Assembly: GCA_047967505.1 (NCBI GenBank)
Contig: CM106538.1
Strand: one strand, 5' to 3'
DNA from: Dipteris shenzhenensis
Taxonomy: Eukaryota
Length of the DNA: 64,000 nucleotides
Made by a program: the position numbers and the translations under genes. Positions 1-13,485 of the stretch are shown here, piece by piece. Numbering within the stretch: the first letter of the stretch is position 1; each line of letters starts with the position of its first letter. The notes under the pieces are model-generated. The model made no database searches. It was not told where the DNA came from and was given only the letters and a program-made list of their open reading frames with translations.

Positions 1-1899
1 TTGCCCCTAAAGGGGGCCCCTCAAGGGCCATAACATCAATTGCATTTTCTGAAAGTTAATTGTATTTTTCTAGATGTATCTCCATGCAACCACAACGGTG
101 GGGTCATTGGAGTTATTTTAGCGCTATTTTGGTCATAAACCAAGGAAATTGTAGTCCTTCTTTCTTGGTGTGTTAGTCTTTGTTGCAGTAAATATAAATG
201 ATGGCAAAAGTACAATTTATCAAGTGAAAATAGAGAAAAAGAGATTACAATGTACATTTATGTCCAACAACAGGTTATATAAAAATTATCAACTTAAACC
301 GATAAAAAATTGAACAGAGGATCTTATATTTATAAAAACTCGGCAATTGCTAAGAGCTTTAAACAAAAGATTGCAGGTAGCAGCCATAACCATTCAAATA
401 CAAATATAAAAGTTAACAATAGTGCATATTGAGAGCCTAATTTCTGCTTCCAAACTTACTTACTAAGGACTTTTTGGTATCTATCAAATTAAGTAAGAAA
501 TCCTTAATTAATGGACAATGAGAAGAATATTGATCATCTATTTAAAAGTATTAAATTTTTAAATTTTATACATTTGTATTCATTTGCATTCTTAAATCAA
601 ATCAAGGTTAAATCATCATTTATGAAATTTCACATTTTATAGTAGTGATGTCTTCAGTAAAACTCTCTTGGACTATGATATTGTCAAAAATTGAAAGTCT
701 TTGAATTTTCAAGTTTAATGATCTTTAAAGTCATGCAAATCTATTTTGAAGATTGAAACCATGTATCTTACCCTTACACAACAATTTACAAGATGTTGGC
801 AAGTTTTTGACACAAATTTTGATGCAATTTGTGAAGAAATAATTTTGCTCCTAGCTGGGGAAACATCAGCATTGATTTCAATATTTAGGACCATCAATAT
901 AAATGTCAGTTCTTGATGCCATGTTAACAAATACCTCGTTGGTATTAATCTTCCATCAACATTAAATGCTTTGAGCACAGTAGTAGAGAACAAAGGTTGA
1001 AGGTACAGCATAGGTCATGGCTTGAAAACCCAAGAACATGTTCTATGTACAAGGCTCACATTAGGAGGCGGCATGGCAGATCAAGGAGCTAAAGCTAAAG
1101 GACTTAATAAAAGCATAAGTTATAGTAAAAGCATGGGAGTTTACCAATAAGAACCCTTAATCAAGAAATAAGATAACTTCAAGATAAGGGAAGGGCATAA
1201 ACTGAAAAAGAATATCTTCTTCCTAAAGGTGCAAATAAGGAGTACTAGTGTCGTCCCCATGACAAAATAAATAACAACAAAACAATTAGCTCTATGCCTG
1301 AACTAATTGCCAAGATCCAAAACAATGCTTAATACAAGATCTTTACATTACACGCACCTTTATTAGTGTGTGTGTGGGGGGGGGGGCAAGGGGAGCGCGT
1401 GAATGCACAGGTAAGAGTGCGTGAACGCACAAGTAAGTGCATGCATGTGTGTGTGCATGGGCACATGAGTGTATGTTAAGTTTATCCTAAAATGTAAATA
1501 AAATTACTTTACGTTCAGATTGGATATAAATAGGTGGTATCAAAGAACCCAAAAAGATACAATTGGGAACATCACTTGTTGATGATAGCATGGGTTCTTC
1601 TTTTTTAATGAGAATTTTCCATACAAAGTTTAGGTTAAATCCACTTGATACATAAAAATAGAAACAAAATTGCAATTGCTTACCTTAAAAGAAGTTTATT
1701 TGCACTAAAAAATGTAGAGGTGTTATCCAAGTGACTATTATGTAAGTTACAGGCTTTATTAGCACTTCCGAGGGGAAGCTCTAGCAAATACTTCTTAGTG
1801 CGATTTTATAACATTATTAAGGACTGCTTATGTTAAACTAAAACACAGAGTGCTACACAGCAAATGTGCTCCCTTGTTTAGTGCGAGTGCATTACATGT

Positions 1900-3233
1900 T
1901 CAAACTGCTTGCACTATTTGGCTCTGAATGTTGGCATGCTGTGACCACCATTGCTCAATGCCGTGCGCTTTGGAGACTGAACGAACAACAACGTGCAAGT
2001 GAGCACAAGGGATGAGATGGAAAGGTTGGGACCCCGTCTTCTGTAAGATGGAGGCTACCAGGGCTCGCAAACTGTGGGGTGGCACTAATCGTCGAGAAGT
2101 AGCTACATGCGGAGCCATAAGCCCTGCTATCCCGCCCAAAATGGTGTCCCCGAGATGGGAGTTGCCGAAGTAGCCGATATAAGAAGAACATATCGGATCC
2201 TTTTTGTTTACGTAAAGATGCGGCTGCCAGTTCTTCAAAGCCAGGAAGTCGTCTTGTGTCTTCTTTAACCTTTCTTCCTTGTCGTGTAGCAGGCCCGCGA
2301 TGAGCTCCACGACCGCCCTGTGCATAGCTTTCATTACGAAGTTGTCGTAGGCCAAGAAAGAGGGGAATGGCGGATTGAAGACGTGAGCATGGATGTAGAG
2401 TCCACGTTGCGCTAAATCCCGCCCTGCGAGTAAGATTATCGCAGCTCCCAGCGAGTGTCCTGTGACCCACGCTTGGCGCACACCATACTTCTTTATAGCT
2501 TGCTCGATTCCCATGAGAGAAGCCAAGTATCTGGGCTTGGTGTGGAGTTCCATCATTATCAAGAAGGCATCGTCTCTAAGATCGGAAATGTCGTTCAGGT
2601 TTGTTCCTCTGAATGCTACGACCACCTCCGGAGCTGCTGGAGGCCTCGGCACAGGTGCATCCCTCGTCCATTCGAAGACTGCTCCCACGATATGCTGCTC
2701 CCACCATATAATCTCGGCCCGGCGATAATGGAACGGATACAACCAGTGATCACAAGTTAATGGGATGGAGTCCGCCAGTAGCAGGCGGGCATCCTTAGCC
2801 AGGTCATAAACGGCTTGGACAAAGTAAGCCATGGCTGCAGAAATACAATTGGGACGGGACCTGCAGAAACAACGTGAATTGTGATTTCTGACGTCGAATT
2901 GGATGAAATACTTTCGTGTACACACAATGCACGTAATAACAATGATAAGTAGTATAATGTTAAGCCTGTCGTCGCAAGGACGACAAAACATAAGCGACAG
3001 AGGTGGCTGCGAGCAGCATCAAAAGACGTAAATACAACAGAATTGGCTACAGCCTCCAATAATTGAAGAAAGACACTATATTATCGTAGATGTATTTCGC
3101 CCGTAAAGATGAGACACACTAGAGTTTGTGAGTCTGTATGAGTGCAGCGCTCAAGAAGGCAAGGAAATTATGCGAGCCGAGTTCTGGAAGTGAAATATCA
3201 CCACGGCGGCAAAGATTCTGCGGAGGTCGACAT
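1900..3233 (-). CDS. Class-3 lipase / alpha-beta hydrolase (At4g10955-like), two exons: 3202-3233 and 1900-2860
   Basis: ORF 1900-2991 has VVVAFRGT, the nucleophile elbow VTGHSLG, HVFNPPF, LYVNKKDPICSSYI and C-terminal AHGIEQWW. An acceptor TTTCTGCAG ends at 2861. An upstream ATG at 3233 (MSTSAESLPP) with a GT donor at 3201 rebuilds a split TG|G Trp codon 14 aa before VQAVY, matching the W-x13-VQGVY spacing I recall for this family. Exon 1 is inferred. Confidence 0.85.
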
Positions 3234-3334
3234 TCTGACAACAGTGCTCGATCCAACCGCCACCCAACAAATGCCGAAGGCCTAAGGTAGCTTGCCGACT
3301 GCGCCTGTGCCTTCAACATCTACATTTCACCTCG

Positions 3335-3342
3335 TATATATA
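3335..3342 (-). promoter_or_regulatory. Candidate TATA box of the lipase gene
   Basis: TATATATA about 100 nt upstream of the inferred ATG at 3233; positional evidence only. Confidence 0.3.
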
Positions 3343-3549
3343 GCACAAACAAACAATATTATTGTCCGGAGCGCGGCAGGTGCTCACACAACGATGGAGC
3401 AGTGCCAGCACTTGTTAAGGGTCCCATCACATGAGTGGACATCGGATGGGATGAAGAGTAATTTCACGTGTTTCCTCGGGTAGGATTAAACAAACTAAGT
3501 ACACAATGCGCATTGCAAACGCATTCTAATCCTCTCAAGTCGTCTCCTT

Positions 3550-4432
3550 AATTTTTAGGAATCAAGATCCTCTCAACCCTCTCACTTCCGAATCTGCAAA
3601 TGAAACTTCCCAACTTCCAAGTTGCTATTAAGTCAGAATGTCAAGCTGGCCTCTTAATGTAAGTCCGATATTATTGTCCTCACCCTCCTACTGATTTCAA
3701 TAATCAAGGAAAGCTCGTGGGGTTGACCCTTTCCAATATCAAAGAGGCTCAATATTGCCACCTCCGGGAAGAGCCTCCCAAGGACATTTCCCTCCACTCA
3801 TTTTACGTAGTGCATGTGCTAAAAGCTCTCTTTTCAATCAATAGTTTCCATACATTCAAGAGGTTTGAAAACATAAAGACTATAGGAGGGAAGGCATTTA
3901 CAATTAAAGAGCAACCCACCTTCCAAGCTCCAAGCTTAGTGTTTGAAAACATAAAGACTATAGGAGGGAAGGCATTTACAATTAAAAAGCAACCCACCTT
4001 TCAAGCTCCAAGCTTAGTGGTATGGATATGGAATCTTGACAATAATTGAGCTTTTCTTATCACTATGCCTTAGCCAACCCACGAGGGTTCCCAAGAATAA
4101 ACTCTCTCATCATCAACTCTCTATCAAAACGAGTACATTCCTCATATCATTTTGATTCTCATTAGCATGTACAATAAGTGTATTATGAGTCAAGTCTATG
4201 TATTGAGTATAAAGAAGATGTCTAGGAGGAAAGCTTCCTCCAAAGGTGTAGTAAAAATGGGGTCCATTAAAAATAATCCATAAATATAGTACGTTCATTT
4301 AGCAAAGGGGATTTTTTAAAACGGAACTTTAAAGAACGATGCTTAAAATAGATTAAAGAGGGGACTTTTAAATGTATTTTTAATAACTTTTTTGTATCTT
4401 GGTTCTTTCTAGGGATTGACCAACCTCTAATA
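3550..4432 (+). mobile_element. Highly degenerate Ty1/copia, 5' part (decayed PBS and gag), continuing at 16928
   Basis: PBS-like TAGGAATCAAGATCC near 3558; gag-like remnants (SINSFHTFKRF, LVVWIWNLDNN*AFLITM); colinear with knuckle/protease remnants after 16928. Confidence 0.4.
3863..4018 (+). repeat. 78-bp tandem duplication
   Basis: GTTTGAAAACATAAAGACTATAGGAGGG...CCAAGCTTAGT at 3863 and 3941, near-identical. Confidence 0.95.
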
Positions 4433-4670
4433 TCATACTAGTACTTAATGTATCCATCTCCACATCAAGATTGTACAAAGAAAATAAGAATGTAAAATGC
4501 TCAATTACATAAAGAGACCATTGTAGTTTGCATTAATGCATTAGTCTACATTATTTGATTTGATTTTTGCATCTTGCTTCATATAAGAAACTTGTGCAGC
4601 TAAGTCTTGTGATAAACATCATACCAAGATAGATTTTTATAGATCCTTTCTCTCTTACTTCACCATTAAA

Positions 4671-5360
4671 AAGGGGGATGAGGGGAGGGGATGCATGCAC
4701 GGGGGGTGCGCGCAAGGGGGGGTGGGGGGGTGCACATTCACACAAGGGCAGTTGTGGGGGGGGGGGGGGGCATGTACACAAGAGGGATGAGGGAAGGGGG
4801 GGCAGGGGGTGCGCATGGGCGCAAGGGGGGATGAGGAGGGGGGGTGCGCATGTGCACAAGGGGGGGTGTTGGGGGCGGGGGGGACGCATATGCACAAGGG
4901 GGCTGAGGGAAGGGAGGTGGTTGTGCACACACACAAGGGGGGGTGTTGGGGGCGAGGGGGGCGCATGCACACAACGAGGATGAGGGAAGGGGGGGTTGCA
5001 CGCGCACAAGGGGGGATGAGGGGGGGTGCACATGCGCACAAGGTGAGATGAGGGGGGGTTGTGAACGTGCACAAGCGGGGGCGGGGGGGGTGCGCACGCG
5101 CACAAGTTGGGATGAGGGGGGGTTTGCACAGGCGCACAAGGTGGGATGAGGGGGGGGTTGCGCATCCGCACAAGGGGGATGAGGGAAGGGGGGGGGTGCA
5201 AGGTTGGGGACTGGGTTGTGCCCATGCACGCAAGGGCAAGGGGAGGTGTGGTGTGTCCGCATGCACAAGAAGGGGGGCATGCAGGTGTGCATGCACATGC
5301 AAGGGGGAATGGGGGGTGCACGCGTTCATGGGAGAGGGTGCGCGTGCAAAGGGTTGGGAG
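4671..5360 (+). repeat. G-rich minisatellite block 1 (TGCACAAG-Gn / GATGAG-Gn motifs)
   Basis: Dozens of G4-G15 runs on the + strand, separated by GTGCACA/GCGCAC motifs. Confidence 0.95.
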
Positions 5361-6621
5361 GTGCCACTTAGTCTTGTGATAAACATCATACCAAGATGGA
5401 TTTTCATAGGTGCTTTCTCTCTTATTTCACCATTAAATAGTCATATTTACCTAATGAAAGACTACATGAAACGTTAAACCTTACATGTACCCCATTGATG
5501 CAGGAAGATTATGTATTCTTTTAAGGCAGTGGATAATGTGCATGCAAATCCCTTCCAAAAAGTGCATTGCACGAATAAGTATGGACTAAGAGTGTATTAA
5601 AAAGTTAATATCCACTTTGGATATGCATTCCATTTGAAGATATAATAGGGATAGTGTTCAAAGGGGCTTGAAAAAACTAAGACTATATAGAGTATCTAGA
5701 AAGGTTGATGTGAACTCTTACCTAAACAGTATGGTCCTTGATGACCATGACAAATATGCAAGGAATATATGGATATAAAGCATTTGTACTATAAGGAACA
5801 TTGCAATCTGTACATTTTGTAACCTACATGGCTGACTATAATCATGCTATATTCTCCATCAAAGCTTCCTAAGGAACTTGCGCACATTCCAATTTTTAAA
5901 AAATGTCCATATAAAGTCAAGAAGTGTCACATTGATCTGTTGTCAAATATCCATGCCATATATGCTTACTTCTTTATGAAATGATTTGCTACATATATTG
6001 ATTAAGTTGATCACTGATCACCATCTATTTTATGCCCAAAAGTGACTTAACTAAGGAGGGAGAGAATATAAGGGGCATCGTTTCAATACCTCAAAGTGTT
6101 CATAAGATGGTTGTTTAAAAAATAACACATGAAATATAAGCCACAATGGCCAAATATCAATTTTAAAGCCAAAGATCCATGGGATTAAGTTTGATTTAGT
6201 TAATTTTTTATCCATGTAAATACTATTTTGCTAAAAAGTTTAAAGCATTGCCAAGATTCACATCTTTTTGAAGAAAACATACAAAATTATATTATGTTTT
6301 GTTGATAATGTCAAACTAAAATGACGAGCTTGTTAAAAGTTTTCATTTTTATTGTATATATTATATACATTCATTTTCATGACATGCTAGGATTATAGTC
6401 CTCAATACCTTCCCTCAAGATAGGCATAATCATGTTGGCATTCATTTAAGAAGCTAACTTGAGTGGTTTAAGACCGATTGACTATTAGTAACATCATTTT
6501 GTAGTGGATGACCCATCTACTACCTAAAAGACATCTCAACCAAGTCACACACTTGCCACTGAACTAGTGTGCTAGCTAGCGAGTTGAGGATCATAACTCT
6601 TTTAATGCAAAGGGCACAAAA

Positions 6622-7230
6622 GAGGGGGGGGGGGGCATGTACACAAGGGGGATGAGGGAAGGGGGGGCGAGGGGTTGTGCATGGATGCAAGGGGGGATGA
6701 GGAGGGGGGGTGCACATGCGCACAAGGGGGGGTATTTGGGGTGAGGTGGGCGCATACACACAAGGGGGCTGAGGGAAGGGGGGTGGTTGTGCACACACAC
6801 AAGGGGGGTGTTGGGGGCAAGGGGGGCGCATGCGCACAACGAGGATGAGGGAAGGGGGGGTTGTGCATGCACACAAGGGGGGATGAGGGGGGGTGCACAT
6901 GCGCACAAGGGGGGATGGGGGGGGGTTGTGCACGTGCACAAGGGGGGGTGAGGGGGGTGCGCACACACACAAGTTGGGATGAGGGGGGGTTTGCACAGGC
7001 ACACAAGGTGGGATGAGGGGGGGGTTGCAGAGGCGCACAAGGAGGGAAAGGGGGGGGGAGGGTGCAAGGTTGGGGGGTGGGTTGTGCCCATGCATGCAAG
7101 GGCAAGGGGAGGTGTGGTGTGTCCACATGCACAAGAAGGGGGGCATGCAGGTGTGCACACACATGCAAGGGGGAATGGGGGGTGCACGCGTTCATGGGAA
7201 AGGGTGTGTGTGCAAAGGGTTGGGAGGTGC
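6622..7230 (+). repeat. G-rich minisatellite block 2
   Basis: Colinear copy of block 1. Confidence 0.95.
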
Positions 7231-7350
7231 CACTAAGTCTTGTGATAAACATCATACCAAGATGGATTTTCATAGGTGCTCTCTCTCTTATTTCACCATT
7301 AAATAGTCATATTTACCTAATGAAAGACTACATGAAACGTTAAAGCTTAC

Positions 7351-8750
7351 ACATCAAGATACCCCTGACCAAAATATCATTGGTATGTCTAGGAGCTCTG
7401 AAAATATCAAAGACCTGCACTCCTCTCCATAATATATGTAACTCCTCTATCAAAGGTGCCATGTACACGTCCATATTTTTTGCCTTGTACTTTCCTAGCA
7501 CAAGTAGTGCAAGCATGAGGTGTCCCTTTTTTATTGTTAGCCATGGTGGGATATTGTAATTCACCACGAATATGGGCCATGACCAAGATGTCGAGCGTAA
7601 CTCGAAAGGATTCACGCCGTCGATGGCGAGCCCAAGATGTAAGTTGCGTGGCTCCCTCGCAAAGTCCAACCACTGATTATCTATGTGCTTGCAAGCTGCA
7701 CAATCTGTGGAAATCCTCAATGTGTCATTGTTGGACCAATGAGATGCATGCTATGTCATCAACTCCGCTATGGATTTGCATCGGAACATGTGTTGTATTC
7801 TTGCAATGATGGGAAAGTGTCTCAAGACCTTTACTGGTATCCGCTCACCGTGTAAGTCATCTCTATATCATTGTTCCCCACACTTTGGACAACTAGCCAA
7901 ATCTCCATGCTCACGAAGAAAGAGAATACAATCATTATGGCAAGCATGGATGGTATCATAATCCATACCCACTGTTGTTAGCATCTTTTTCGCTTCATCT
8001 CTTGATGCAGGCATGGTATTTGGTGCAGGCAACATCTTCTAGAGCAACCTATGACAATTCAAACATACATAGGCTTCGAACAATGATGATTCGGTATACA
8101 CTATCCAAATGATGATTCTCAAAACAAACAATATCCAAATAATGAGTCAAATTAAAGCAAGAAGAGCTAACCTCATTAAGGCTGAGACACTTGTATCCGA
8201 CCACCCATACTTTACTTACAGATTCAAGATTGAGAGACAAGCACGTAGTTTAGACATCCTAGCACCCTCGTACAATTGTGTTGATTGCAACTCTCGCATT
8301 TTGATCTCAGACTCTGACATCACGTGTACATGGGATGTAGTGCCCCTAAAAATAGAATCCATCATGTCAACCATACCCTCGTCATCATCCGGGAGACTAT
8401 AGTCTTGCTCAAATTGTGAAGGTATATGCGTATCCTTGTCAGCCTCCTCATCCTGTTTTAAGATTTCATGTAAATATAAGATCTTGTATTTCCTGGTATC
8501 CAATAAGACTGCGAACTTAAATAGCTTTGACTTACCAATAGTCCATCAACACGTGCAACACCAATGATGGGTATTGGTTCGGGCTCCTCTCGATACATCT
8601 ACAAGTGGCACATGATAATATGACGTTGATGTCGTACTTCTCGCTTGCAATGAGTGCAATGATAGTATAACCTCTCCGTAAGCCACTTTGTGCTCTCGAG
8701 CATTGGTGCATCATCGGACGAGCTTCCACTCTCGTCCCTTCCATCTACAC
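7351..8750 (-). pseudogene. CACTA transposase (Transposase_21/TnpD) N-terminal half
   Basis: IHACHNDCILF...CPKCG; KHIDNQWLDFAREPRNLHLGLAIDGVNPF; NYNIPPW; MDVYMAPLIEEL; stops and frameshifts. Confidence 0.85.
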
Positions 8751-9438
8751 TTATAAAATCACAACATAAGTTGCAAGAAAATATATTAACAGTTATAAAA
8801 TAGCATCTATGAGCTTCCCTTCAACTTAGAACAAAAAGTGTCTTAAAGCGTCGCTATTTGCTCTGTTCTGTCGTTATATAGCGATGCTGTGGGTTAAAAC
8901 CGAAACCCGATGCTACGCGCGGTGCTTTCTTTAGCACTCTCTAATCTTTCAAGTAAGCAAGGCAATCTCTCCTCCCACCTGTTTCCGATGACCTCCCACC
9001 TATTTTCGACAACCTCCCACTCTATTCTCCACTCCTCACCCTTCTCCTAGCTCTTGTGCTCCCTCTCCACCCTTCTCCGCCTTTGGTTTCTTGAAAGGAA
9101 GTTTTTCAAGAGGTGAGTCTGTTTCAACAATGTAGGTTATAAATGTCTGTTAGCTTTAGTTTTGTGAGTGCTTTTCCTTGTATTGCTAAACCTGTAAACT
9201 AGTTTTCATGCTTGTTTTCAAAGGATTGAAACAAAAAACGAGATTTCAAGAAAGAAAGAAGACTCACCTCTTCTTTCCCTTTTTTTTATTTCTCTTCCTT
9301 CTCTTTCTCCTTGTCTCCTCAATCTCCTCCTTTCAAGAAGTTACTTTTGTAATCTCCTCCTTCCTCTAACATCTTATTGCTTTTATGACTCTCTTTTGCA
9401 TGCATGTCTTATACTAACACATTCATGGACATGTGCAG

Positions 9439-11630
9439 GACTTGTTACAAGTGGGTACCATGCTTGTCCTATTTGTGGACCGGGTTTGAAATCGCTTGCA
9501 TGCTACTCCAAACATATGAGGAAAAATGTTTATGAAGGTCATGCTCGATACCTTCCGCTCGACCATCTCGCACGTGGAGGTCAGCTTGATCCACCACCAT
9601 CATATTTGAAGGCAAGTGACTAGATTCAAGCTTGGAAGGTGAATGGAGAGGAATTTCCTCTTGGTATGAAGAGGCTATCGATCTTTCACGAGCTTCCTTA
9701 TTAGGGTCAGTTACAAATCAATCATCTCTTGGATCCCATGCATATCTTCAAGAATGTGGGGGCTACTATTTGGGCACACTTGATTGGTTCCAAAGACTCG
9801 AGAGGAGTGCGAGAAGACTTGCGTGCTATGAATATGATGTCTCGTTTGTGGCCCCAAGTGCATACTTCGAGAAAAGTTGTCCTCCCGAAAGCAACATGGA
9901 TCCTCTCTACGAGGGAGGAGGCGACGATCAAGGTAGACATTGCCTTTTTTCAAACACCGATAGGGTACATGCGTTGCATGAAAGGAGCATTTTCAAAGGA
10001 CAATAAGCTTAGTGGGCTCAAGTCCCATGATTGGCAAAAGGTCTTATAGGTATTCTAAGTATAATTAGTGTACCGATAATCGTGATGCATTAGCATAATT
10101 ATGATTATGTTATATTGTTGACATGACTTCTTTGTTGCTTTGATAGTTCATCCTCCCAATTACAATAAAAGGGTGCTTACAAGAAGATGTTAGAAATGCT
10201 ATATTCAAGATATGTGGTATTGTGAGGTATGCTTACTATCAAATCGCATTGATTGCATTTTCTTCAATTTAAGTTGATTAATCTGTAGACTGATTATGAA
10301 AATATCTTACATGGATATGTGAAATAGGTGGATATCTCAAAAAGAGATCTCCATATCGAGCATCGAGAAGGCTAGGGTGGAATCCATCGAAGCCGTATGC
10401 TTGCTTGAGAAGCACTTTCCCTCGAGCATTACGACAACTCAAGTCCACTTGCTTGTGCACATAGTTGATGAGGTGGCTATTGCAGGTACCATTCATAGTC
10501 GATGGATGTTTTTTCTCGAGCGGTTTATGAAAACTTTAAAAGGATTTGTAAGACAAAGAGAAGGACCAGAAGCAAGCATGGCAAAGGGATGGCTTGTGCA
10601 AGAGTCATTAGTATATATCACAGAGTTTCTTGCATCCACAGATCCCGATATGCCACAAGCTTGGCATAACAAGGATGATGATCGCATCATTGGCGAGGCG
10701 AAGAGAAAATGGAGAAATTACAGTACAAAAAGTACAATGCATTATGGTCATATGGATGACATTTTTGCATGGAACGCATCGATTCAAAGAGAGTCACGTA
10801 TGATTGTGGAGTCATGGCTAACTTCACACAAGATAGCCGAGCAAGTGCTTCGGATACCAATCTTCTCTCCTCATAGTTGGATTATTGTGGAACCATACGC
10901 GACATTTATGAAGTTGATTTCAAATGATTTAGTATTTTCATTCTTGATGTAAAATGGTATAGAACTATTTACAACGGTCCCCATGCGACAGTGAGAAAAG
11001 ATAGTAGCGGTTTCTTTGCAATAGATTCCACTAAACATTAGACCGATGAAAGTGATACTTTTGTTCTTCCCGAGCACTGTGAGCAGGTGCATACTAATGA
11101 TTTAATTAATCAAAGATTTCATTTTTAAAGATCCATTGATACATGTACTTGAGCATAATTTCATATATATAATTGACGACATTCGGCACCCATCTTCAAT
11201 ATAGGTGGTTTTTCATCCGGATCATTTTGATCCAAGATGGTGGTACGTGATCCAAGTTGCACCACGAAGTAAGAAAATTTTTGAAGATAGAGATGTGGAT
11301 ATGGAGATGCCACTACCAATGCCGGATCCAATTGATCCTGATGAATCTAGCGAAGAAGATGAAGATCAAAATATGAGCCAAGAGGAAGATGCGCATAATG
11401 ACATCGCACAGGAGGAAGATGGAGATCACGATATTGAGAAAGAAGACAACGATCATCAAGAATCACCACACTTTATTAAAGAATATGATCAAGTACTTTT
11501 CGGTGAACATACGATGCTAGAGTACGATGATGATATAGGAGATTAACTCAGTATAGAGTTGGAGATAGACTTGTTTGGCACCTTAGACTTGGCTCAAGAT
11601 GAATTAGTTGATGTAAATGCTCTTAATTGA
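9439..11630 (+). pseudogene. CACTA transposase C-terminal half (DUF4218/DUF4216-like), with introns
   Basis: GYHACPICG, DPMHIFKNV, GLKSHDW, QVHLLVHIVDEV...RWMFFLERFMKTLKG...PEASMAKG, acidic tail; GT..AG introns visible. Confidence 0.85.
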
Positions 11631-12412
11631 TTTTTTTCATCTCAAACTTGGACATGAATATATGAGCTTCAAAGGCTTGATGTACATGCTCTCATATTTT
11701 TATTCTCTATGAGATCAAACATGAATGAAAATTAAAAAAAATGTCATTGGAAAAAACTAAATTTTAAGGCCTATATGAGTAAAAAACCTCTCTAGAAAAT
11801 GTCGCTATAAAATAGTATCTCAGTGTCGCTATATAGTGACACTCATAAGTCGCTATATAGCAATGTTTATCTAATGTTGCTATATAGCGACGCTTTATGG
11901 GACATGCTTTTCATATCGACGATTAGCACCCCGCGCACGCTAAACGTCGGTACGTGAACGTCATAATAGGATCCATGTGTAGTAGTGCATGACAAATATG
12001 CAAGGAATATATGGATATAGAGCATTTGTACTATAAGGAACATTGCAATCTGTACATTTTCTAACCTACATGGCTGACTATAATCATGCTATATTCTCCA
12101 TCAAAGCTTCCCAAGGAACTTGCGCACATTCCAATTTTTAAAAAATGTCTATATAAAGTCAAGATGTGTCACATTGATCTATTGTCAAATATCCATGCCA
12201 TGTCAAATATAGGCATAATCATGTTGGCATTCACTTAAGAAGCTAACTTGAGTGGTTTAAGACCGATTCACTATTAGTAACATCATTTTGTAGTGGATGA
12301 CCCATCTACTGCCTAAAAGACATCTCAGCCAAGTCACACACTTGCCACAGAACTAGTGTGCTAGCTAGCAAGTTGAGGATAACTCTTTTTTTATGAAAGG
12401 GGCACAAAAGCG

Positions 12413-13065
12413 AGGGATGCGCGCAAGGGGGTTGGGGGGGTGCACATTCACACGAGGGCGGTTGTTGGTGGGGGGGGGGGGGGGGGATGTACACAAGGGG
12501 GATGAGGGAAGGGGGGGCAGGGGGTTGCGCATGGGAGAAAGAGGGGATGAGGAGGGGGGGTGCACATACGCACAAGGGGGGGTGTTGGGGGTGGGGGGGG
12601 TGCATATGCACAAGGGGGTTGAGGGAAGGGGGGTGGTTGTGCATGCACACAAGGGGGGGTGTTGGGGGCAAGGGGGGTGCATGCGCACAACGAGGATGAG
12701 GGAAGGGGGGAGTTGCACATGCGCACAAGGGGGGATGAGGGGGGGTGCACATGCGCACAAGGTGGGATGACGGGGGGGTTGTGCACGTGCACAAGGGGGG
12801 GTGCGCATGCGCACAAGTTGGGATGAGGGGGGGTTTGCACAGGCGCACAAGGTGGGATGAGGGGGGGGGTTGTGCATGCACACAAGGGGGATGAGGGAAA
12901 GGGGGGGGAGGGTGCAAGGTTGGGGGATGGGTTGTGCCCATGCACGCAAGGGCAGGTGTGGTGTGTCCGCATGCGCAAGAAGGGTGGTGTGCAGGTGTGT
13001 ACACACATGCAAGGGGGAATGGGGGGTTCGCGCATACATGGGAGAGGTTGCGCGTGCAAAGGGAC
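12413..13065 (+). repeat. G-rich minisatellite block 3
   Basis: Colinear copy of blocks 1 and 2. Confidence 0.95.
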
Positions 13066-13485
13066 GTGCCACTAAGTCTTGTGATAAACATCATATCAAG
13101 ATGGATTTTCATAGGTGATTTCTCTTCGCCATTAAATAGTCATATTTACCTAATGAAAGACTACATGAAATGTTAAACCTTACATGTACCCCATTAATGC
13201 ATGAAGATTATGTATTCTTTTAAGGCAGTGGATAATGTGCATGAAATCCCTTCCAAAAAGTGCATTGCACCAATAAGTATGGACTAAGAGTGTATTAAAA
13301 AGTTAATATTCACTTTGGATATGCATTGCATTTGAAGATATAATAGGGATAGTGTTCAAAGGGGCTTGAAAAAACTAAAACTATATAGAGTATCTAGAAA
13401 GGTTGATGTGAACTCTTACCTAAATAGTATGGTCCTTGATGACCATGACAAATATTCAAGGAATATATGGATATAAAGCATTTGT

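Larger units (their letters stand above)
7351..11987. mobile_element. CACTA (En/Spm) transposon remnant; right TIR intact, left end lost, internally rearranged
   Basis: Ends GTGTAGTAGTG (reverse complement CACTACTACAC) at 11987, after which the host unit resumes at CATGAC. Palindromic subterminal repeats GTCGCTATATAGCGAC at ~8850-8885 and ~11800-11891. TnpD-type transposase fragments inside. Confidence 0.9.

Noticed and set aside
1-1700. Short ORFs faintly resembling LINE ORF1/endonuclease (PLWLHGD)
   Set aside because: No convincing motif series; too degenerate to call.
4551-13176. Many Pro/Cys/His-rich and Gly-rich ORFs resembling extensins
   Set aside because: Open in nearly all frames because the G-rich minisatellite lacks stop codons; not genes.
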